A stretch of 64,000 bases of DNA. Origin: an uncultured Bacilli bacterium. Its GTDB lineage: Bacteria > Bacillota_I > Bacilli_A > RF39 > UBA660. Both the position numbers and the translations under genes were made by a program. The notes beneath the pieces were generated by a model. That model was not told the DNA's origin, ran no database searches, and saw only the letters and a list, made by a program, of their open reading frames with translations. Positions 10,101 through 18,611 of this stretch are shown here, piece by piece (positions within the stretch are counted from its first letter, which is position 1; the number at the start of each line of letters is the position of its first letter). The DNA is taken from NCBI GenBank assembly GCA_947625535.1, contig CANQOR010000004.1, positions 307 to 64,306 on the forward strand, written 5' to 3'.

Positions 10101-11664
10101 AAAACTTACTTATACGTCTTCTAGTCCAGAACCAATGTTTAAAATAACAGCTTTAGATACTAGTATTTATAATTTAACTATTAAAGGCAACGAATCTAGT
10201 AATTCAATAATTGAAGTAAATGATAATGCTTCATTAATAATTAATGATGTTAAAATAGATTCTAATACTGGTCTTATTGTTAAAAACAATGGTCATTTAA
10301 ATACAACTAAATTAACTTATGAACAAGAGACTTATGATAAACCAGTTGTTAAAGCTTCTAAAAATGCCAAAGTAAATATTGATGGTGGTACTAAATCTGT
10401 TAACTACATGGAAGTTGTTCCATATGAAAACTTATCTAGTGAAGAACAAAATGAATCACCATTTTCTAAAGGTGATAAACTTGTCTCTAAACCAGATTAT
10501 AATTATGTTCATTATTATACTAATAATAAGAATTCTATTGGTTGGTATAAACTATCTTATCAAGCTAATCGAGATATAACAACTTCATTACTAACCTTTA
10601 ATCGTTATTATAAAATAGGTGAAGAAGTAGTTCCTGAACCTCCATTAGATTTCAACTATCTAACTTCATATAGTAATTCATATAGTAATTATGTTATCGA
10701 TGAATGGTGTATGAATAAAAATGGTGTATGTGCTAAAACAGGTGAACTATCTATTCCAACTAGTGATACATATTACACAGCTAAATTAAAAGGAACTTTA
10801 AAAGAAAATGTTAGAGAAGTATCTAACGAAGAAGATTTAAAAGCAGCAATTCAAAATGAAAATATTTCTACTGTTATTATCAAAGGACATATCGTCCTAA
10901 ATGAAGTACTAGAAATAAATCATTCTGTATACATTACCGGTTTAAAAACTGGTGAAAAAACTAATCAAGGTTCATTAGAAGGTATGATAAAATCTACTAA
11001 AGGAAACCTAACTATTGAAAATCTTACTATTACTGGTAAAAGAACTACAACGGAAGAAACCAATAATATTATAACTGTTTTAGGTGATCGTTTTAGAATA
11101 TATAAAGTTACTATTAATGCTAACTCTGAATTTGATAATGCCATATATATATCTAAAGATAATCCATCTAACGTCATTTACTTTAGTAATTTTAATAGTA
11201 ATGATAACATTAAAACATTCATTAACTTTGCTTCTAATATAGATAACACTAATCCAGGCAACGATAATAATGAAACTAGAGTAGTAGGTAATGTCTTTAA
11301 TGGAAGTTCATGTACTAAAAATCATATTATTATGAATCAAATAACTTCTAACTCTATAATTGGTTTTTCTCAAAATGAATTTAATTTTGCTAATGCTGGA
11401 GATTATGGTTTATTACTAAATGTTAAAGAAGATACTTCTAATGTTGAATTTACTATTTACTCTGTAGAGTTACGTAAATCATTACATCAAAAATTTAGAA
11501 TAGGGTTAGATGTTACAACAAATAAATATTCTACAAAAGGATATAAATTTAGTATTTCTAATACTTTTAGTAATAATTTAGAATTAAAATATCTTTTAGA
11601 TACTTCTACTTCATCTGTTCATCCAAATGGTGTCGAAGAAAATGCTATTATAAATATTAAATAG
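7120..11664 (+). CDS. Large secreted protein (1514 aa): four novel ~150-aa modules, one Flg_new repeat, two beta-helix-like regions
   Basis: Signal peptide (FKVNA/RE). Recurring module ends VDLDGKDLSYDPTSYVINY, VDLDGDGKEYVPVDYIIDY, LDLDGSETKYAPTKLTVDW, IDLDGNNHIYNEVTYKLDY. HEFAGWYKDNEEFNF repeat. C-terminal I/V-x-N/G-rich pectate-lyase-like segments. Confidence 0.8.
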   Translation: MKKNYKLLLSFILLFSFFTFKVNAREMTIAELGNLIENEYDGFYAFIIGNYVFTDEHILTTQDIMLASRSIAVEDINGHINTDPIYKEMNIYYIVQEFDSKNNLAWKVSTNLIGSNKITINTKLNINFINYNQLSEGTKFDITLEDEDFNSYISDNLKFTGGNKENSKDLSLNDKRLSGLVFNNNTVNPDEVGNYFSFIINVPNANTKTTVKIDGVESKEYTYSDFKTINGKTALPVVWKLDASALTKTIKVTVDLDGKDLSYDPTSYVINYEDVTYPLNSSAEFNIDIPYEDKVALKDWGYKVLEDQYTLTKSESNIYDLNGTIVRQHTNEGVFAKEGEDAYYFAFTIKLTDYKDDVTITIPAGKNQTKTIKKSDLSVDGSNTVLFKLNNECNVENEDYQCLFVITVDLDGDGKEYVPVDYIIDYKNVLFEEPSPFKIEQPNTEEMEALSLKYAWEKGSDYRSEFTTTDNIVNVTGLIPYVKIIKDENHDFTHLQNHYLAYVITSDKNITDKTTIKFLADGDDDSKEINGTKFTNNKMVILKPLHPDDDRVFEIELDLDGSETKYAPTKLTVDWTNLNLQTASFVTSLNIAPEEEIASFKNLKDLNYDSTLTELNINENTLTGSIKEQPSLILSDDVNTGYYIPLLLTIPADMNDVTLKVSNTNYGKTSKVLTSSNFEDNQIIIFFAINKDKTTNLEFTIDLDGNNHIYNEVTYKLDYSKVTLKDEVKINYDYGLNVNLETKKYYEGDPLEKPEDPSSKKLYHEFAGWYKDNEEFNFEDNNVVTSSLKDITLKAHWLVSTEDLLLDLVNYYNVQETKADLSYNKEEHELLYEILEEQTITINDFKEGIIPKVIKYVMEKDEVASIKLTANSKEVTFTPADLDNVNTKFANFIDEVNTDNKTYLDDLIDKKYEISIEIGDLKSPVDKYKNNNDQNLKIDFTIADHDEVSNEQELLEAINKTSSNNIHSIIITDSFNITNPITISKNVIIKGQNKKLTYTSSSPEPMFKITALDTSIYNLTIKGNESSNSIIEVNDNASLIINDVKIDSNTGLIVKNNGHLNTTKLTYEQETYDKPVVKASKNAKVNIDGGTKSVNYMEVVPYENLSSEEQNESPFSKGDKLVSKPDYNYVHYYTNNKNSIGWYKLSYQANRDITTSLLTFNRYYKIGEEVVPEPPLDFNYLTSYSNSYSNYVIDEWCMNKNGVCAKTGELSIPTSDTYYTAKLKGTLKENVREVSNEEDLKAAIQNENISTVIIKGHIVLNEVLEINHSVYITGLKTGEKTNQGSLEGMIKSTKGNLTIENLTITGKRTTTEETNNIITVLGDRFRIYKVTINANSEFDNAIYISKDNPSNVIYFSNFNSNDNIKTFINFASNIDNTNPGNDNNETRVVGNVFNGSSCTKNHIIMNQITSNSIIGFSQNEFNFANAGDYGLLLNVKEDTSNVEFTIYSVELRKSLHQKFRIGLDVTTNKYSTKGYKFSISNTFSNNLELKYLLDTSTSSVHPNGVEENAIINIK

Positions 11665-11690
11665 GTGTGATAATATCACACCTTAACTTT
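11663..11690 (+). terminator. Hairpin after the large surface-protein gene
   Basis: aggtgtgata / tatcacacct palindrome overlapping the stop codon. The T-run is weak. Confidence 0.5.
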
Positions 11691-11710
11691 TCATAGAAAG
11701 GAATATATAA

Positions 11711-12274
11711 ATGAAAATAAAATACTTAATCATCTTCATTATCTTCTTAAGTTTTCCTTTTATTGCTAAAGCTCTAGTTAATAACTCTTCATTAACTCCC
11801 TTAAAAGTATATACCTTTATTGAAGAAGATTGTTCTGAATGTGAAAGCCTTACTAATTGGTTAGAAAATCAAAAAGAAAAAAATTCTCGTTTAGAAGTAA
11901 TAACTATTAATATTAATGAAAATGAACAATTATATAATGAAGTTAAAGATACTTTAAATATTAAAAGTAAATCAATTCCTTTAACAATTATTGGTTCCAT
12001 TTATTTTATTAACTATAATAGTAATATTTCCCAAATGATGAAAGAAGTCTTAACTAAATATAATGAACAAGATGAATTCTGTAACTTAGTATCCACGATA
12101 ATAGATAAAGAAGATATTAATAGTTGTTTAGAACAAAATAAAGATATTTCTAAACAACCTAATATGACTAATACTAGTATATGGCAGATTATCTTAGCAA
12201 TATTCTTTTTTATAATAATTATTACTATAGCTATTTATATTATTTTAAAAAAATCTAATATATTTAAAAAATGA
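11711..12274 (+). CDS. Membrane-anchored thioredoxin/glutaredoxin-like protein (CxxC)
   Basis: N-terminal signal/TM, EEDCSECESL CxxC motif, C-terminal TM. Ends in TGA. Confidence 0.6.
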   Translation: MKIKYLIIFIIFLSFPFIAKALVNNSSLTPLKVYTFIEEDCSECESLTNWLENQKEKNSRLEVITININENEQLYNEVKDTLNIKSKSIPLTIIGSIYFINYNSNISQMMKEVLTKYNEQDEFCNLVSTIIDKEDINSCLEQNKDISKQPNMTNTSIWQIILAIFFFIIIITIAIYIILKKSNIFKK

Positions 12275-12336
12275 AAGCTCATCTTTCATTTTTTTCTTCC
12301 ATAAAAATGTTATAATATATTTAGGTAGTGATATAT

Positions 12337-12927
12337 ATGGCTAACTTTTTTGATTATTTAATTAATTTAGTATTAAAAATATTTAGTTACTTTGAATATA
12401 ACTCAGTAGTAGTATTAACATATTTTTTTATTTCTTTGGTAGCCCTAATCTTAAATAAACTAACTAATAAAAAATCTAATGAATTATTATTTACATGTCG
12501 TCATACATCTTTATTAAATCCTTTAACTTATGTTAGATTAGTTACTCATTCGATAGGTCATCGTGATTTTAGTCATTTTTGTAATAACTTTTCTTATATT
12601 CTTTTATTAGGTCCTATGATAGAAGAAAAATATGGTAGTTTAAATTTACTTTATATGATTTTATTAACTTCTTTAACCATAGGTATAATAAATACTATCT
12701 TTAGTCGTAAAGCTGTTATTGGTGCTAGTGGAATTACATTTATGATGATTGTTCTAAGTTCCTTTGTTAATTTTGATGCTGGTAAAATACCTTTTACACT
12801 AGCTCTAATTTGTATTTTCCATGTTTTTGATGAAGTATTTAGTATGAATAAAAAAGATGGTGTTTCTCATCTAGGTCATTTCGTTGGAGCTGTTTGTGGT
12901 GGTATATTTGGTTTTTATTTTAAATAA
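12337..12927 (+). CDS. Rhomboid family intramembrane serine protease
   Basis: GASGITFMM (GxSG) and HLGHFVGAVCGG motifs, multi-TM. ATG at 12337 preferred over GTG at 12328 (SD aggtag). Confidence 0.8.
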   Translation: MANFFDYLINLVLKIFSYFEYNSVVVLTYFFISLVALILNKLTNKKSNELLFTCRHTSLLNPLTYVRLVTHSIGHRDFSHFCNNFSYILLLGPMIEEKYGSLNLLYMILLTSLTIGIINTIFSRKAVIGASGITFMMIVLSSFVNFDAGKIPFTLALICIFHVFDEVFSMNKKDGVSHLGHFVGAVCGGIFGFYFK

Positions 12928-12940
12928 GTAGGGTGGTTTA

Positions 12941-13666
12941 ATGGCAGATTTATTTTTACAAAAAATAACTTTTAAAAAAGATGAAGTAGAAAACTTAAAT
13001 AAGTATCCTTTTAATATAGATGTTATTAAGAATTTTACTTCTTTAGAATTGACATCACCAGTAACCTTTTTAGTAGGTGAAAATGGTGTTGGTAAATCTA
13101 CTTTTATCGAAGCTCTAGCTATTTCTTGTGGCTTAAATCCCGAAGGTGGAACAGAAAACTTTATGTTTAGTACAAGAGAAACACACTCTAACTTATATGA
13201 ATATATTGAAACAAATCATTTTCAAAGAAAAACTAAAACGCGTTTTTTTCTTCGTGCTGAAAGTTTTTATAATGTTGCTTCTGAAATAGACAACTTAGCT
13301 GTAGGTGGCTACGGACGTAATAGTTTACATGAGTGTTCTCATGGTGAATCATTTATTCAACTAATCCAAAATCGTTTTACTGAAGATGGATTATATATTC
13401 TAGATGAACCAGAAGCCGCCTTATCTCCATCACGTCAAATGACTTTACTATGTTTAATAGATGAACTAGTTAAACAAAATTGTCAATTTATTATCGCCAC
13501 CCATTCTCCCATATTAATCTCCTATCGTAATGGTCAAATCCTCGATTTAAATAATAACTTTAAACCAATAAATTATAAGGATACTGAAATATATCGAACC
13601 TATAAAATCTTTTTAGATAATCCCTTAGATATGCAACATCGTTTACTAGATGTAGAGGAGGAATAA
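12941..13666 (+). CDS. Small stand-alone ABC/SMC-like AAA ATPase
   Basis: Walker A GENGVGKST, Walker B ILDEPEAALSP, H-loop ATHSP. Confidence 0.75.
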   Translation: MADLFLQKITFKKDEVENLNKYPFNIDVIKNFTSLELTSPVTFLVGENGVGKSTFIEALAISCGLNPEGGTENFMFSTRETHSNLYEYIETNHFQRKTKTRFFLRAESFYNVASEIDNLAVGGYGRNSLHECSHGESFIQLIQNRFTEDGLYILDEPEAALSPSRQMTLLCLIDELVKQNCQFIIATHSPILISYRNGQILDLNNNFKPINYKDTEIYRTYKIFLDNPLDMQHRLLDVEEE

Positions 13667-13668
13667 TA

Positions 13669-14433
13669 ATGAAATTAATAGAAAATGAATTATTTTTAAA
13701 ATTTACTAAATTAGAAAACTATCCTAATCTTTTACACTTTTATACCAAAAGACCTTTTTCTTTAGTTTTTCCCTTAGATAAAACTAAAGAAAAATCTTTA
13801 AAAGAATTAACTTCTAATTTAAACTATGATATAAAAAAATATATTCTTGCTCGCCAAGAACATACTAATAAAGTAATTAAAATTACTAAAGATAATTTAA
13901 ATGAAGAAATACTAGGTATAGATGGTTTAATAACTAATTTAAAAAATGTTGCTTTACTTACTACCACTGCTGATTGTCAAGCTATTTTACTTTATGATCC
14001 TTCTAAACAAGTAATAGGTAATATTCATTCTGGTTGGAAAGGAACATTAAGTAAGATAATTGTTAATGCCATTAACATAATGGTTAATGATTATGGATGT
14101 AATCCTCAAGATATTATTGCTTGTATCTGTCCAAGTATTTTAAAATGTTGTTTTGAAGTGGATGAAGATGTAGTAAATGATTTTAAAAATAATTTTAATA
14201 ATATAGATGGATTTATTACTAAAGGTCAAATAATTGATCATAAACAAAAATATTATATTGATACAGTAGGTCTTAATCAAAAACTTCTTTTAGAATTAGG
14301 ACTTTCTAAAGATAATATTATTACTAGTGATATATGTACTAAATGTCATTATGATACTTATCATTCATATCGTGCTCGTAGTCTAGCTAAAGTAGATGGT
14401 CGTAATATTGCTTGTATTTTACTTAAAGAATAA
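13669..14433 (+). CDS. pgeF: Peptidoglycan editing factor PgeF / YfiH (DUF152 laccase-domain protein)
   Basis: HSGWKGT block and C-terminal CTKCH..YHSYR zinc-site motif. Confidence 0.85.
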   Translation: MKLIENELFLKFTKLENYPNLLHFYTKRPFSLVFPLDKTKEKSLKELTSNLNYDIKKYILARQEHTNKVIKITKDNLNEEILGIDGLITNLKNVALLTTTADCQAILLYDPSKQVIGNIHSGWKGTLSKIIVNAINIMVNDYGCNPQDIIACICPSILKCCFEVDEDVVNDFKNNFNNIDGFITKGQIIDHKQKYYIDTVGLNQKLLLELGLSKDNIITSDICTKCHYDTYHSYRARSLAKVDGRNIACILLKE

Positions 14434-14478
14434 TTCATTTTAAAAAGATTATAAAAGTGCTATAATCTTTTTAGTTAT

Positions 14479-14554
14479 TACCCCATCGCCAAGTGGTAAG
14501 GCATCAGGCTCTGACCCTGACATTTCGTAGGTTCGAATCCTACTGGGGTAACCA
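14479..14554 (+). tRNA. tRNA-Gln(CUG)
   Basis: Cloverleaf folded by hand. Acceptor tacccca/tggggta (U1-A72), anticodon stem tcagg/cctga, loop cuCUGac (anticodon 14511-14513), T-arm gtagg-ttcgaat-cctac, encoded CCA. Resembles the E. coli and B. subtilis tRNA-Gln layout as recalled. Confidence 0.85.
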
Positions 14555-14561
14555 TAAAAAT

Positions 14562-14585
14562 AAAGTCTATAAAGACTTTTTTATT
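14562..14585 (+). terminator. Terminator after tRNA-Gln
   Basis: aaagtct / agacttt stem followed by a T-run. Confidence 0.7.
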
Positions 14586-14639
14586 TGCTTCTAACTTCAC
14601 CTATAGTATAATAATAAACATCACTTAAATGGAGTAAAT

Positions 14640-15554
14640 ATGGAAGAACTTATTAAATACAACAACTTAATACATGGTTACAAAGATCTAAAACCAACTA
14701 TTGATATTGATGAAAGATTACTAAAATTTGCATCTTCATTAGCAGCAATAGATTTTTTAGATACCTATAAATTACAAAATACTCCTTCTAAACAAACTAT
14801 TTTAACTACTTCTGAATATTTCTTAACTACTAAATTTAAACTATATCCCATTTCTTATGCTAGTGATTATCTTATTAAGAAAAAACTAAATAACCAAGAA
14901 GTATCATGTATCCAAGAATTAATAACTTTATATAATAGTGTAGGTTATGATATAAGTCCTTTTAAAATACCAATTCACTTTGTTAATAAACCATATTATC
15001 ATGGAACAGTATCTCTTCAAACAAGTCTTTGTTTTGAAGAAGAATTTCTAAAACAAATGAAAATCTATGCTCGTTATATAGAACTAAGTAATAAAACTAG
15101 TGAATTTAGTTCTTTATGTCATATTCATGAAATAATTCATTTAGAATTAGAAAGACTTAAAGGATCAGTTGAAAACTACTTACATAGTGAAATCCTAAGT
15201 ATCTTTATGGAACAAGTCTATGCTTATGAACAAGATAAAACTAACTTATTACTTCGTAAGAATACCCTAAATCGTCTTAATTACTTCTTTTTAGAATTAC
15301 ATTCTTTATTACATAATAATCTAAGTGCATTTGAACAATCTATATCTTCTAAATATATAGTTTCGATATTAATATCTTATCAATTATTTACAATCTACTT
15401 AAAAGGCGACAATCATACTAAAAAATATCTTTTATCTAATATTCAAGATATCTTTAATGGTCAACAAACATTAGAAGAAATGCTTACTAAACTAAATATT
15501 ACTTATGATAATAGTATCGAAGAATCAAACTTTATTAATATTTTAAAAAGATAA
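14640..15554 (+). CDS. Hypothetical protein with HExxH motif (putative zinc metallopeptidase)
   Basis: SD ggag. HIHEIIHLELE motif. No other recognisable domain. Confidence 0.5.
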   Translation: MEELIKYNNLIHGYKDLKPTIDIDERLLKFASSLAAIDFLDTYKLQNTPSKQTILTTSEYFLTTKFKLYPISYASDYLIKKKLNNQEVSCIQELITLYNSVGYDISPFKIPIHFVNKPYYHGTVSLQTSLCFEEEFLKQMKIYARYIELSNKTSEFSSLCHIHEIIHLELERLKGSVENYLHSEILSIFMEQVYAYEQDKTNLLLRKNTLNRLNYFFLELHSLLHNNLSAFEQSISSKYIVSILISYQLFTIYLKGDNHTKKYLLSNIQDIFNGQQTLEEMLTKLNITYDNSIEESNFINILKR

Positions 15555-15629
15555 TAAATACTAATTAAAAACATATAATTTAAAGATAAAACTTTTTAAC
15601 ATATATAAAAGTTTTTTAATGGAGGCATA

Positions 15630-16559
15630 ATGAATTATATCTTATTAATAGTTGGTTTTATCTTACTTATTAAAGGATCAGATTACTTTATAGAAGGTAG
15701 TTCTAATATTGCTAAATATTTTAAAATACCAAGTGTTGTAATTGGTTTGACTTTAGTAGCTTTTGGTACGTCAGCTCCCGAAGCTGCCGTAAGTATTAAT
15801 GCTGCTTTAAAAAATTCTCCTGATTTATCTATTTCTAATATAATAGGTTCTAATATCTTTAATTTATTTATGATACTTGGTTTAACTGCTATTATAAAAG
15901 ATATTATTGTTGAAAAAGAACTTATTAAAAAAGATTATCTTTTTTCTATCCTAAGTTTTATTATTTTATTTACTTTAATAATTATTAATTATTCATACAA
16001 AAAAATACTTATACTTACTCGTATAAATGGTTTAATTCTTATCATAATTCTTTTTCTATACTTATCTAAATTACTTAAAAATATTAATTTTAAAAATCAT
16101 CAAGTAGAACAAAAACAATTATCTATTATAGATATCTTATTTACTATAGGTGGTTTAATATTAATTATATTTGGTGGCAAATTAACCGTTATGTCAGCTA
16201 TATCTATCGCTCGTTTATTAGGACTTAGTGAACGTTTAATAGGTCTTACTATTATAGCTATAGGTACTTCTTTACCAGAATTAATTACTTCTTTAGTCGC
16301 TTTAATAAAAGGTAAAAAAGAAATAGCAGTAGGTAATATAATAGGTAGTAATATCTTTAATATATTATTTATCTTAGGTCTTACTAGTATTATAAGTCCT
16401 ATGTTAATTAACTTTGAATCTTTAATTGATTTATCTATCTTAATAATGGGTTCCTTAGTTATTTATTTTATATTTAGTGATTTAAAAATAAGTCGTTTAG
16501 AAGGACTAAGTATGGTTTTATTATATCTTCTTTATTGCTTTTATATTATAATGAGATAG
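15630..16559 (+). CDS. Calcium/sodium antiporter, CaCA (YrbG) family
   Basis: Two alpha-repeats, GTSAPE and GTSLPE. About 10 TM segments. Confidence 0.85.
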   Translation: MNYILLIVGFILLIKGSDYFIEGSSNIAKYFKIPSVVIGLTLVAFGTSAPEAAVSINAALKNSPDLSISNIIGSNIFNLFMILGLTAIIKDIIVEKELIKKDYLFSILSFIILFTLIIINYSYKKILILTRINGLILIIILFLYLSKLLKNINFKNHQVEQKQLSIIDILFTIGGLILIIFGGKLTVMSAISIARLLGLSERLIGLTIIAIGTSLPELITSLVALIKGKKEIAVGNIIGSNIFNILFILGLTSIISPMLINFESLIDLSILIMGSLVIYFIFSDLKISRLEGLSMVLLYLLYCFYIIMR

Positions 16560-16634
16560 ATTATTTTTAATTTGTCAAATTGACCTTTAAGAATAATTGT
16601 GTATAATATGCTATAAGCAAGTAGGTGGATTCAT

Positions 16635-17591
16635 ATGAAACAAATTAGTACTGATAAACTATCTCGTGAAATAAATGATACTCTTACTCATCGTGCTTGT
16701 GTAATGCGTAGTGGCGAGTATTTAGCTAGATATTTAATTCATTGTAATCGTAGTGTCGATGCAATCCGTCTTATTGGTCGTTGTTCTGTTCATGATATAT
16801 CTAAAATTCAAAATACAGAAGAATTCATGTCTTTAGCTAGTATTATTGATGAAATAGATGCAATGAATGATGTTAAACATGTCTTAAGTGAAAAACAACA
16901 AGAAGCAATTCGTCTTCATTGGCAACGTAACTCTCATCATCCTGAATATTATGATAATCCCAACGATATGTCTGAACTTGATTTACTTGAAATGGCTTGT
17001 GATTGTCATGCTCGTAGTCGTCAATGTCATACAGACCTATTAGCTTATATCGATGCTCAACAAGAACTTAGATTTCATTTCGATCGTACTCATTTCCGTC
17101 GCTTAAAAGCTTATTGTACGGCTTTAGTTGAACTTACCAAAAATGATGATTATAGTTCTGTCTTAAATGATACTTGTCCATTACAATTTGATTTAATTGA
17201 TTCAACAATGAAAAAATTAGAACAATTTGATGAAGAATGTTATACTCCATACTTAGAAACTGAAAGATTATATTTAAGAAAAAAACATAATCCTGATTTC
17301 GCTTCTGTTGTTTATTCTATCAATTTAAAAGAAGAAAACACTGAAGTAGGGTATATATCTTTAAAATGTAATGGTTACTTAGAATATAAAATATATGAAA
17401 ATTATCGTGGTAATAAATATGCTTTAGAAGCTTTATCTAAATTTATTGAAATAACTACAATGTCTGAATTACTAGTTACAATGAAAAGAGATGCTGAAGC
17501 TACTCAAAAAGTTGCTACAGCTCTTGGTTTTAAACCAATAGATACTTCTGAATCAAGTATTACATTTAAACTAAAAAAAGGTAATAACTAA
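16635..17591 (+). CDS. Fusion protein: N-terminal His-rich HD-like (DUF5662-like) domain plus C-terminal GNAT-like domain
   Basis: VHDISK ... HWQRNSHHPEYY motif set in the N-terminal half. C-terminal YRGNKYALEAL..ALGF resembles the GNAT acetyl-CoA region. Visibly more G+C and CGT codons than its neighbours. Confidence 0.5.
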   Translation: MKQISTDKLSREINDTLTHRACVMRSGEYLARYLIHCNRSVDAIRLIGRCSVHDISKIQNTEEFMSLASIIDEIDAMNDVKHVLSEKQQEAIRLHWQRNSHHPEYYDNPNDMSELDLLEMACDCHARSRQCHTDLLAYIDAQQELRFHFDRTHFRRLKAYCTALVELTKNDDYSSVLNDTCPLQFDLIDSTMKKLEQFDEECYTPYLETERLYLRKKHNPDFASVVYSINLKEENTEVGYISLKCNGYLEYKIYENYRGNKYALEALSKFIEITTMSELLVTMKRDAEATQKVATALGFKPIDTSESSITFKLKKGNN

Positions 17592-18520
17592 TTATTACCT
17601 TCTTTTAATTTGGCCCCTTGATAAGTATCTCTTTTCTTCATTTCTTTATCAATATCATTTAGTACACAAAACTTCTTTAATAACCAACTAGGTTCAATTA
17701 AATCTTCTTTTTTAGGATCTCCTGTAATACGATGAATTACTATTTTAGGATCTAATAATTCTAATTCATTAATTACAATATCAATATATTCTTCTTTACT
17801 AAGGATATGAAACTTATTCTTTAAATAATAATCTGCTAAAGGAGTATCTTTTATAATATGAAGCATATGTATTTTAATACCATCTATTTTTAAATCATTT
17901 AAGTATTTAACTGTCTTTAACATATCTTCTTTAGTTTCATAAGGTAAACCATTTATTATATGAACAACTACTTTAATACCAAGACTTTGTAATCTTTTAA
18001 CAGCACTAGTAAAATTATCTAAATCATGTCCACGATTAATAAACTTTAAAGTTTCACTTTTAATTGATTGTAAACCTAACTCTACTATTAAATCAGTTTT
18101 CTTATTAAGTTCACTTAAATATTCATAACATTCTTCACTAATAGCATCACTTCTAGTAGCAATATTTAAACCAACCACATTAGGTAAATTTAAAATAGTT
18201 TCGTACTTATCTTTTAATTCTTTAACTGGTGCATAAGTATTTGTATTAGCTTGAAAATACCCAATATAATAACTATTCGGCCATTTCTTTTCCATAATCT
18301 CTTTTACTTCATTAAATTGTGTTACTAAATCTTTTTCTTTATTACCAGCAAAATCTCCTGAACCTAACTTAGAACAAAAAATACATCCCGTACCATTAAT
18401 TTTGTTTGGACACGAAAAACCACCATTTAAAGATACTTTAAATGTCTTCTTACCATATCTCTTTTTATAATAGTAATTTAATGTATGATATCTTTTATTA
18501 TCTAGTGAATATAAAAACAT
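17588..18520 (-). CDS. TIGR01212-family radical SAM protein (YtqA/YhcC-like)
   Basis: N-terminal ...KVSLNGGFSCPN..GCIFC cluster motif and typical length. Confidence 0.85.
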   Translation of the reverse strand: MFLYSLDNKRYHTLNYYYKKRYGKKTFKVSLNGGFSCPNKINGTGCIFCSKLGSGDFAGNKEKDLVTQFNEVKEIMEKKWPNSYYIGYFQANTNTYAPVKELKDKYETILNLPNVVGLNIATRSDAISEECYEYLSELNKKTDLIVELGLQSIKSETLKFINRGHDLDNFTSAVKRLQSLGIKVVVHIINGLPYETKEDMLKTVKYLNDLKIDGIKIHMLHIIKDTPLADYYLKNKFHILSKEEYIDIVINELELLDPKIVIHRITGDPKKEDLIEPSWLLKKFCVLNDIDKEMKKRDTYQGAKLKEGNN

Positions 18521-18611
18521 AACATCACCGCTAAGTATTATATCATTTTTTAATTATAGTAGTGTATTAAACCTAATTATTTGATATAATAACTATATAG
18601 TAGGTGTTTAT

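Noticed and set aside
12941-13666. Stand-alone ABC-like ATPase as a defence (OLD/Gabija/Abi-type) component
   Set aside because: It is only 241 aa with no nuclease or TOPRIM partner. It is embedded among housekeeping genes (rhomboid, pgeF) with tight operon-like spacing, and there are no signs of a variable region.
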